From Rhodosorus marinus CCMP1338 (lineage: Eukaryota > Plantae > Rhodophyta), in assembly GCA_029953675.1 (NCBI GenBank), contig JAMWBK010000012.1, positions 1 to 64,000 of the forward strand: 64,000 nucleotides of DNA, read 5' to 3'. Every line of letters starts with the position of its first letter. Position 1 is the stretch's first letter. Below the pieces are notes generated by a model. The model was given only the letters and a program-made list of their open reading frames with translations. It was not told where the DNA came from and searched no databases. Both the position numbers and the translations under genes were made by a program. Positions 55,133 to 64,000 of the stretch are shown piece by piece.

Positions 55133-55758
55133 TGCCTTGATTCCCAGATCCTTGTACCCAAGATCATCCACCAGCATCAAGATCACATTCGGCTGCGGCA
55201 TACTCGCAACCAAACCCCATACCCCAATCCACACCGCACAGTAAAATAAAAAAAAACCATGAATACACCACCCTCAACAACCCGTTCTCTCACCCTCCAC
55301 CCTATCTTCTCCGCTCCCCCCTCCTCCAACAACCCAAACTCCCCGCCCCAACGACGAGCCTCGATAAACCCTCCCAAAAGCGGCGACCGGCAATCCGCCT
55401 CTCCTGAAAATCATCTCATCCTTTACCCGGCCCTGCAGAACACAAATTGCCTAAGAAAAAGGCCAGACAAGCACCGACTTTTTCGCGGCTAATGTTCTGC
55501 TGCCCCATGCTGATCAGTGCAAGAGAAAACTTGCTTGCATGACAAACTCCGGAAATGCCATCAAACTGTTGCGCAAGGTCTTGACAAAAGGCGTCTCCAG
55601 CCGCAAGATTCTACGGAAAACATGCGCAAATTTTGAGATTGTTTCACCTAAATGAAAAATCCTGGAGAATTTTAAATACATGAAATCATAGCTGTGCATA
55701 TTAATTACCAAAAACAGCACCAGATATAGTCCAAATATTAAGCTTTTCTTCACAAGTC
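55133..55758 (-). pseudogene. Inverted duplicate of the sulfatase promoter and first ~45 codons (left arm of a fold-back duplication)
   Basis: Reverse complement matches 56095-56180 plus 58290-58859; encodes ...GLVASMPQPNVILMLVDDLGYKDLG, then breaks off. Confidence 0.85.
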
Positions 55759-55769
55759 ATAACATACTA

Positions 55770-56086
55770 CAATTGTGTTACGCGACATGTTGGAATTCGG
55801 AGTCAGAATTCCAACATTTACTTGTGGTCAAAATGCAACACTCAGTCCGCAAGTTGAAATGATTGAGAATTGTATCAATTAGAAGCTGTTTTTCCAAAAC
55901 TTTAATAGGGATCAGCGTTCACGGCTTGACGCCTTAAACAAAACTTTTGTCCCAACTCTTTTCTGCGTAGGACGAATTGGCTGATCTTGTTCCCCCCCTT
56001 GGACGACATGGCTGACAGCAAACGCAGGACTTTGTAACCTACCCCTTAAGAGCAAACTTTTCGTCACAAGTCGCGTAACACAATTG
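55770..56086. mobile_element. 317-bp Tc1/mariner-type MITE (17-bp TIR CAATTGTGTTACGCGAC, TA duplication)
   Basis: TA at 55768-55769 and 56087-56088; perfect 17-bp inverted termini; internal 12-bp hairpin near 55787-55820. Confidence 0.6.
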
Positions 56087-56180
56087 TACGCTGCGACTTG
56101 TGAAGAAAAGCTTAATATTTGGACTATATCTGGTGTTGTTTTGGTAATTAATATGCACAGCTATAGTTTCATATATTTAT

Positions 56181-58284
56181 TGTTGGAACGGTCACGCGGT
56201 CAGCGGGGACCGTACGCGCTCAGCGTCAGCATGCAGAAGGATGGGATTCGCACATCGAAATGCATACGGTAGGACCGATGTGCGAACGGTATACGGTAGA
56301 AAAACTTTATAGAGGTTCAAACGTTTGAAATAGTTTGAACGGTACAAGGCATCGACTACCACCGCAGTATAGTAGCTTACTTCAAGTGCGAGATATCGAC
56401 CCCAATGGTCAGGGAAACAATGAAGAAACCATCCAAGTTTGGCTGACGGGACTTTGATCAAGCTTGGACAACCCCGAAAAACACAACATGGTCTCATCGC
56501 TTGGTGCGATTTAAGACGTTGCTTGGTGCAACTTAAGGATATTGCCTGGTGCGATTCAGAGAGAGAAGTGTTTATTCTTTAAGGATTGGTTTTTAAAGAT
56601 TGGTTTTTAAAGATTGGGTTTTTCAGAGTATGGCGGCGAGGGCCAGGGGGAGCGCTAGCGAACATGACGCGCGCGTGAAGGACTTCGCGCTACCGTCAGT
56701 GTTTACCGGGGATCAGGATTCGTATGGATCCTTCCGGAATTGGAGACACCAGGTAGAATGCTACCTGACGGTCAAAGGTCTCAGGGATGTACTCGACAAC
56801 CCCGTAGACGCGACCGAAGCTGAGAAACAGTATGTTTCAGCTGTGTTCTCCAAATTGCTGGATGGGCCAGCACTGGACACTGCGTTCGCCTCTTCGAGAG
56901 AGGCTGCGCCGGATACACCCTGCCGAAGCCCCTCGGTCTCTGGTCAACTGGTTGGAAAATCAGTTTGCGGAGATTCGAGAGATAACGGGCATACCACCCA
57001 CGGAGGACGAGAAACGACGCGTCCTCATCAAGATTCTGGAGGAACGACGCGAGTACTCGGAGTTCCTGTATCAAGCATACAAGGAACCCAATACGAATTG
57101 GATCGGTCTGTGCAAAGACGTCGAAGAGTTGCACAGACTGAGAGGATACAACGTAGAGAGGTCTGACGAGTCTACGAAGTCAGAGCCTGATGTGAAGACA
57201 GAACCTGACGTGAAGCAAGAGCCCGAAGAGAATCGCGTTGGAACGATGACTACAATAAGGAAGACGAAGAAGAACTCCAGGGGAGTTTTGTGTTAGGGGT
57301 GTAAAAAGCAACAAGCTAGTAAGCAAGAAGGTTCAGAACGAAGTGCAAGAATCGAAAGGAAACATCCGAGTCTCCTGCAGAGTGAAGCCAGGGATGCGTG
57401 AATACGAGGGGAGTTCAGGGGTGACAAAGTATTCAACGACCTGGAGGCTAAGTTCGGAGCTCTTGGTGCAGACCTTGAAAGCGAAAAGGGGAAGGTACAA
57501 GCTCCAGAACACGAGAGAAGTCATCGAGAAGAAATCCAGGAGCACGGAAGCCGCTGACTACAAGAAACATGCGGTTTCTTTGGAGACACAGATGGTTGAT
57601 GCCAAGGTCGGTGTCGCGAAGGATTTCCTGGGGGTAGGAGTCGAAAGGGACAGAGAAGAGCGTGAGAAATACTTGATCCGGGAGGACTGCACTAAGAGGG
57701 TCGTATCAACGTTCGTGATGAAGCGCGGTCGCCCCGTAGCAACACCAATGGCCATCGAAGCAAGTACGAAGGGAGCTGTGAAGGTGGTGACACCAATACT
57801 CTGTCAGGAACTAACCGGATCGCTCCTGTTCCTGCGCCAGAACCCCGATGTAAGTTTTGCAGTCGTTTGGTAGCACGACAAATGGTAGCGGACTTACTGA
57901 CGAAGGCCCTAACGAAGGAAAGGACGAGGGTCCTAAGGACTGACCTGGAGTGGGGTGGTAGATCGACCTTCTACTATGGCATGAGACCGAGGGGGAGTGT
58001 TGGAACGGTCACGCGGTCAGCGGTGACCGTACGCTCTCAGCATGTAGAACGTCGCACATCGTCATCCATACGGTAGAACCGATGTGCGAACGGTATACGG
58101 TAGAAAAACTTTATAGAGGTTGAAATAGTTTGAACGGTACAAGGCATCGACTATCACCACAGTATAGTAGGTTACTTAAGTGCGAGATATCGACCCCAAT
58201 GGACAGGGAAACAATGAAGAAACCATCGAAGTTTGGCTGACGGGACTTTGATCAAAAGCTTGGACAACCCCGAAAAACACAACA
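56181..58284 (+). mobile_element. Internally deleted Ty1/copia LTR retrotransposon (LTRs 56181-56488 and 57998-58284, TSD TTTAT)
   Basis: TG...CA LTRs; PBS-like TGG at 56489; polypurine tract GAGGGGGAG before the 3' LTR; gag remnant FRNWRHQVECYLTVKGL; RT remnant LTGSLLFL..PDVSFAV; RNase H end MVADLLTKAL. Confidence 0.9.
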
Positions 58285-58723
58285 TTTATACTGCTCCGAG
58301 CTCTAGGATTTCTCAATTAGGTGAAACAACCTCAAAATTTGCGCATGTGTTCCTTAGAATCTTGCGGCTGGAGACGCCTTTTGTCAAGACCTTGAGCGAC
58401 ATTTTGATGGCGTTTCGCGAGTTTGTCATCCAAGCAAGTTGTCTCTTGTACTGATCAGCATTGAGCAGCAGAACATTAGCCGCGAAAAAGTCGGTGCTTG
58501 TCTGGCCTTTTTCTTAGGCAATTTGTGTTCTGCAGGGCCGGGTAAAGCATGAGATGATTTTCAGGAGACGCGGATTGCCGGTCGCCGCATTTGGGAGGGT
58601 TTATCAAGGCTCGTCGATATGGGGCGGGAGTTGGGGTTGGAGGAGGAGGGTTGGCGGAGAAGATAGGGTGGAGGGTGAGAGAACGGGGTGTTGAGGGTGG
58701 TGTGTATTCATGGCTTTGTGAAG

Positions 58724-60394
58724 ATGGTTTTTTTTTCGTTTTTATTTTACTGTGCGGTGTGGATTGGGGTATGGGGTTTGGTTGCGAGTTTACCGCAGCC
58801 GAATGTGATCTTGATACTGGTGGATGATCTTGGGTACAAGGATCTGGGAATTCAAGGCAGCGAGGACGTCAAGTCTCCCAATATCGATAAATTAGCAACT
58901 GATGGGGTGAGATTTACGGATGGGTATGCCCCACACCACTTCTGTGGACCATCCCGATCGGGTCTTCTCTCTGGTATTGGCCCGTTCAGATATGGCGCAT
59001 CCTTGAACGCACCAAAGAGTTACTGGGATAAGACGATTGGACTTCCGTTGGACCTTGAGATCATGCCGGAAACCGTGAAGAAAGCAGGCTACCGGACTTA
59101 CTGCATAGGAAAATGGCACCTGGGACACACTGCGGGACACCATCCGAAGAACCGTGGCTTTGATAAGTTCTTCGGCTTTCTAAAGGGCTCCTGGAACTAC
59201 AAGGTCTCTAAAATGTACGACCCACAGCTCAAGGATTATGATTACATCTACAGGGAGTTCAACAAGGTTAACAACATCTCGTACGTGACGGACGACTTCA
59301 CGGACGCGGCCTTGGCATACATCAATAATGCCAAGCGGAAGAAACAACCCTTTTTCATGTACCTCTCGTACAATGCCCCGCATGGGCCCTTCCTTACGTT
59401 GAAAGAGGACCTGGACCCCAACGTCCCTGAAGATCGAAGGACGCATGTAGCAATGATCAAATCACTCGACAGGGGAGTTGGGAAGATCCGCAACTACCTT
59501 ATAGAACAGGGAATGGAGAAAGATACGGTCTTCTTCTTCAGCAACGACAACGGTGGCCACAAAAAAGGCGCGATCAACGACCCGCTGAACAATTACAAAG
59601 GTTCGTACAGAGAGGGTGGCATGAGGGTGCCTTGGTTCATGACCTGGCCCGGAACAATCGCGCAAGGACAGGTTGTGAGTAAAATAGTCAGCCACCTGGA
59701 CATCTACCCTACGCTGGAGAGTCTTGCCCAAGTGCCCGCGGAGCACCGGAATCCTGACCTCGAGGGGAAAAATATTCTGCCCTACATTAAGTTCGTAGGC
59801 CAGGATGCCCCCGAGAAGAACGGGGAGATCCACCCATATCTGGCCTTCGGTGGTCCTCACAAGGACGGTACGGATCGGGGCATGATTCGTTCGGGCATGT
59901 GGAAACTGATTGTGAACAATGCTACCGAATCGAGGATACAGCTGTACAACTTGATGGACGACATAGGGGAGTCAACCAATATCGCAAACGAACACCCGAA
60001 CAGGGTCGAAAGTATGCTGAGGACCTGGAATACGTGGAACGTGCGTAATGTTCCACCCAGCTACCCGAAAACTCGTGAACCAAGCCCGCTTCGACTTGAA
60101 CTTTCCGTCGTGGGCGACGTTCGGGAGACGACGACGGGCTCTCCAGTCTCCTTCGAGGCTTCCGGGACACACAAGGATGGAGGGGTTATAAAGTACTTGT
60201 GGGAGGCGTTTATCCCCAGCCAGGTTGATAAGGCCCTTTTCCGCGACGTGTGGCGAGGAGGAGTCGAGAGCACCAGTCGAGAAGAGAGCTCCATAACCAT
60301 AACTTTCAAAGACCCTGGCAGTTACACCGTTCGAGTGAACGTTGAGACCGAGCGATGGGTGGAGTGGGAGGATGTCGAGATCAATGTGACATAG
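58724..60394 (+). CDS. Secreted formylglycine-dependent (S1) sulfatase with C-terminal PKD/Ig-like domain
   Basis: Signal peptide; NVILILVDDLG, CGPSRSGLLSG (CxPxR), IGKWHLG, FSNDNGG, KGSYREGGMRVP; C-terminal FKDPGSYTVRVNV; intronless. Confidence 0.93.
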   Translation: MVFFSFLFYCAVWIGVWGLVASLPQPNVILILVDDLGYKDLGIQGSEDVKSPNIDKLATDGVRFTDGYAPHHFCGPSRSGLLSGIGPFRYGASLNAPKSYWDKTIGLPLDLEIMPETVKKAGYRTYCIGKWHLGHTAGHHPKNRGFDKFFGFLKGSWNYKVSKMYDPQLKDYDYIYREFNKVNNISYVTDDFTDAALAYINNAKRKKQPFFMYLSYNAPHGPFLTLKEDLDPNVPEDRRTHVAMIKSLDRGVGKIRNYLIEQGMEKDTVFFFSNDNGGHKKGAINDPLNNYKGSYREGGMRVPWFMTWPGTIAQGQVVSKIVSHLDIYPTLESLAQVPAEHRNPDLEGKNILPYIKFVGQDAPEKNGEIHPYLAFGGPHKDGTDRGMIRSGMWKLIVNNATESRIQLYNLMDDIGESTNIANEHPNRVESMLRTWNTWNVRNVPPSYPKTREPSPLRLELSVVGDVRETTTGSPVSFEASGTHKDGGVIKYLWEAFIPSQVDKALFRDVWRGGVESTSREESSITITFKDPGSYTVRVNVETERWVEWEDVEINVT

Positions 60395-60829
60395 CTCTGC
60401 TTGCTAGCAACGAGCGGGAGCTACTACTAGCTCGCTTTTAGGGAGCTCTGGAAACAAGCAACAACAACGGCGATCTAGGAAGCGCGGCAGTCAAAACTCG
60501 CCTTGTCAGCCTCCAAAGGCCATTGGTGCGCTCACCGGGCAAAAGCTTGATAAACTATCTACCCCGCAGCAATGACATTTCGTACTGTTTATTTTTTTGT
60601 TGGTTGCGTGTGCCCAATTGTTCTTGCCCTGCGAAAACACCGAGTACAGTTGTTGCGTGTCTCAGAGACCCGAGGAATCTGACATTGTTTAGTTGGCTTT
60701 TGGAGTGTTTTTGGATAAATTCTCAAGAGCGTACCACACCAAATTGGAGTCTCACCCTTCTCCCCCCTCCGCCGCCCTTGGTCTCATCTTCCCGAGATCC
60801 GCCCGCCTGCGTAGTCTTGGGGGGTGTAC

Positions 60830-61630
60830 TAGCTCTCAGTGGCTCATGACCGTCGCCGCTTTCCGCCACTCACACTCACCGATTTCGAAGTGCGCACTTC
60901 TCTGCGCTTATACCTCGGTTTGTATCAGCCGCCTTGGCCTTCGTTCGGCCTTCCCAGCTGGGTTCGCGTCGCCTCTTTGCTCTCAGAACGAAGACACCGC
61001 GGATTTCGACGCCCGCCTGTTCGCCAGCTGCCCCGCTGTGAAAGGCGCCCGAAACCGACTACATACGCGGATCTTGAACCTGTTATACCGCGAACTACCG
61101 CCTATCGTACAGTAAGCCGGTCTTGAAATTAAACGTGAGAAGCCCCTGCCTGTGGGCGGACTCCCAAAATGATGAACGCGCGTGGCTGACCTCGTGGTCA
61201 CCTGTGACAATAGCCGCGGTACGACGTACGTTGATCTTGCTGTTCCTAATCCTCAGGCTGGTCGTTATTTGGCGGCTGCGGGAGAGCGCCGTGGATTTGT
61301 CGCTGCCAGTATTAGACGTTGTAAAGCGTTGAAATATGCGGGGGGTTTGTCTTCCGCAAGCATTCGTGCTTCGGCTCTAGCTCATCGCCTGGTACCTCTG
61401 GTCATTGAGTGCTTCGGGTTTATGGATTCCGTTGGTTGTCGGTGGCTTCGGGAATTGTTCCGCGAACGCCGTGATCGTCTGTCCTGGTGTACCCGGTCGG
61501 GTTAAGTTTCTTGCTGTGGCGTAAGATGCTGCCGTGATGTTGGAGCCGCGCGATCTTCGCCTCGCTTAGTCTTGTTTTTTCCCCACGGGTTTTTTGCTTT
61601 CAGCCTCTGATTAAACAAATTCATTCGTTA
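60830..61630 (+). mobile_element. Decayed 5'-truncated family E element (zinc finger + RLE + 3' UTR)
   Basis: EVRTSLRLYLGL; MADLVV..TYVDLAV; LVPLVIECFGFMD. Confidence 0.8.
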
Positions 61631-62071
61631 AATCGCAGCATTAGATCCATCATTAAGCGTCACACACCCTCTTCTAGGCACGAACCAATTACGTTGGTGG
61701 TGGTGGTGGTGGATTTATTTCAGTTTCATTAGCTGCGGTCATGCTACTAACGGGTATCTACCTTAGCGCGAGCTCCACGGCCGGTGCGCTGCTGTGATCC
61801 TTCCATGGCAGTTGATCACCCCGTCCAGCAGAAATATCTCCATGGTCTATCCCGTCTGATAGGGCGAGATACACCGGGCACCATCGCGAGCGTACGACCA
61901 TTCCAAGCCCGGCATCCTCTGGATGTGTTTTTCATGGAAGCATCTCGATGATGGTTTTGAAATTTTTACCAAGCTGGTGTGGAAAAAAGAACAATTGTTG
62001 GGTTGGGTCGCATACCAGCGACTCATTTCGGAAAAATCGATGGAGTTCGGGTTGGGGGCAAACCCACCCAA

Positions 62072-62893
62072 TCAATCTCCCTCCTTGGAAACGGCGATCA
62101 TCACTGGCGGATCAATAATACGGAAATAAATCAGGAAAATTGAAAGCAAGTCCATCCCGCTCCACTGGAACCGGAATTTGAAGTGCATGAAGTTGATCTG
62201 AGCTCCTGGGAACACTTCTTCCACAAACGGCTCGATCTCTTTTCGGGCGATCCCCCACGGCATCGGTGGAAAGGTGTAGTTCTTGTTTTTCCACAATCCT
62301 CTCACGGTCATATCCGAGAACCACCTCGGAATCACATCGAAAACTAGAGTGGCGTTTGGGTATTTGGCCAAGATCGTTGGAAATAGTTGCCTGACGTCCT
62401 CTTCGCGGAAGTACATTAGCAATCCTTGCATGCTAATAAATGCCTTGCCGTCCTTCCCATCTGGGACGTCGTCGAGCCATGTGCAGTCCAGCGCGCTTTT
62501 CCCTATGTTTACAAGCCTTTCGTGCGCCGGAATATATTTTTCTCTGAAGGCTATAGCTTCCGGAAGATCGACGGCATACCAGCGGGTTCGGTCATCTGGT
62601 ATCCTGTAAAACTGTGTCTCCAGGCCAGCTCCAAGCTCTATAACAATTCCCCCATCGTTTCGGTCGATCCATTCCCTCAACCGCTCGTCCACCCGACTTG
62701 ATCTCCATCCGTGCGTAGAATTAGGCTGTCCAAAGTTTCTAACGTAGTCATAACTAATCGACTCATAAATACTCACACACATATCATCCTTTACGAACCC
62801 ATCAGTCCTCCGAGCTTCGGCAGCTCGATTATGAAGCGTCCACAGCATCGTCTCAGGAACCCCCGTCAGCTTCACCAAACCCTTTTCCGCCAT
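62072..62893 (-). CDS. Class I SAM-dependent methyltransferase, LCM / TcmP-like O-methyltransferase family
   Basis: LTGVPETMLWTLHNRAAEA, VIELGAGLETQFYR, WYAVDLPE, ISMQGLLMYF, VFD; likely start ATG 62893; intronless. Confidence 0.88.
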   Translation of the reverse strand: MAEKGLVKLTGVPETMLWTLHNRAAEARRTDGFVKDDMCVSIYESISYDYVRNFGQPNSTHGWRSSRVDERLREWIDRNDGGIVIELGAGLETQFYRIPDDRTRWYAVDLPEAIAFREKYIPAHERLVNIGKSALDCTWLDDVPDGKDGKAFISMQGLLMYFREEDVRQLFPTILAKYPNATLVFDVIPRWFSDMTVRGLWKNKNYTFPPMPWGIARKEIEPFVEEVFPGAQINFMHFKFRFQWSGMDLLSIFLIYFRIIDPPVMIAVSKEGD

Positions 62894-63714
62894 CCCTACT
62901 AAAAAAAACAAATCAACCATCAGACTTACTGTAAAATTCACCGTCAGATTTTCAAGTTCAAAGAATTCCTCGGCCCTGATTATCTAGTATTTTAACCAGC
63001 TTCGTACCTACAGACTCCCGATCCCCTTCCCATCCTCCCTCTCCCTCGGGTTCTTCTTCCATGCTCCCGTCACGAACCCATCCGATACCTCTACCGTAAA
63101 TATACTCATTTCAGACGACACGTGCGATATTGACTGATTCTCTTCGCAGCTCTTGCTGGTTCGTACGGATTCGTCGGAATGGTTTTTAGAACGCGGAATT
63201 CGATTACCGTTTAGTACCCATATAAACACTATTTTGTTCTATATAAAACAATCGTTTTTTTAAAGTCCTTTTTTTGTTTGCTTAATTACCACAATTGCAG
63301 CTACGCTCATTGTCTATTTTTAGGTTTAATACCTCCAAATTGATATTTTACACTTGTTGTAATAGCTGTCCTTGACCTTATGGCGTTCCAACGCGGCTTT
63401 ATTGTTCGACGCGCGTCATCAGCGTCTTGTTTCTCGCTTCTCAGGGTAGTTAGGCTCTGAGAAACAGATGATGATGTGATAATAAGGTTCTTTCTCATCT
63501 ACAACTATATAAATACCGAACCTCAAGTATTTTTGGATCCGCATCCACCAGCTTTTCTTTATTAGTGGACTTCTCTGGGTGGATCCGCATCCAATAGCTT
63601 TGCTCTATTTCTAGGCCTCTCCGCGTGTTGCCAGGGCCCCAATAAAATTCGTAAGTTGTACGACTATGAAATGTGAATGACTGGTTTCTTCGTAGACTGC
63701 TAAAAGAACCCACC

Positions 63715-63895
63715 ACCCCGAGGGCAAAAAAAGGACGAATGAGGGCGAAGATCATGCGCCTCCAATATCAACGCCCTGCGGGGGAAACTTAGAACGGGTA
63801 AACGAGGAGAGCAGGTCTGAGCGCTCTCGGAATTCGTAAAGCCACGGGAACCGGCAGAATCCAAAGGCCAAGACGAACGAATGGTTTAATCACAG
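63715..63895 (-). mobile_element. Family E 3' remnant(s)
   Basis: Homologous to 10590-10790 and 61420-61600; followed by the E terminus gacgaacgaatggtttaatc. Confidence 0.6.
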
Positions 63896-64000
63896 TGAAT
63901 CAAAGTAGAAATTATTCTAAAAACAATCTGCCTGACTGCTGGCCGATACAAGGTCCCCGTCGTTGATTGAGGAATTTAGGACGTCAATCTTTCGTGATCG

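Overview
This window is a eukaryotic chromosome end. Positions 1-458 are a telomere built from an unusually long 16-bp unit: CCCCAGACTAACGTAA on +, G-strand TTACGTTAGTCTGGGG. The next ~54 kb is subtelomere crowded with restriction-like-endonuclease (RLE, CRE/SLACS-like) non-LTR retrotransposons. I label the families A, B, C and E; these are my own labels. Families A and B are two-ORF elements inserted at one fixed position in the telomere repeat (CGTAACC|CCAG), with their 3' ends pointing toward the chromosome end. They lack poly(A) tails and share a covarying 3' stem-loop followed by an ARTAAAG motif. Family C ends in reiterated ARTAAAG(T)CC tails and piles up head-to-tail. Short internal telomere remnants occur as far in as 53.9 kb, including an inverted block at 20.4-26 kb, and record repeated breakage, healing and reinsertion. 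Eight host genes are interspersed, six with signal peptides: two paralogous secreted/membrane proteins, two divergent RTX-repeat proteins, a (QPMT)n repeat protein, a secreted protein with an in-frame TAA, an S1 sulfatase with a PKD-like tail, and a TcmP/LCM-type methyltransferase. The window also holds an internally deleted Ty1/copia element, two MITE-like elements and a fold-back inverted duplication. The organism cannot be identified from the sequence alone; a compact-genome alga or protist is only an inference. Boundaries of decayed elements are approximate and were read by eye.
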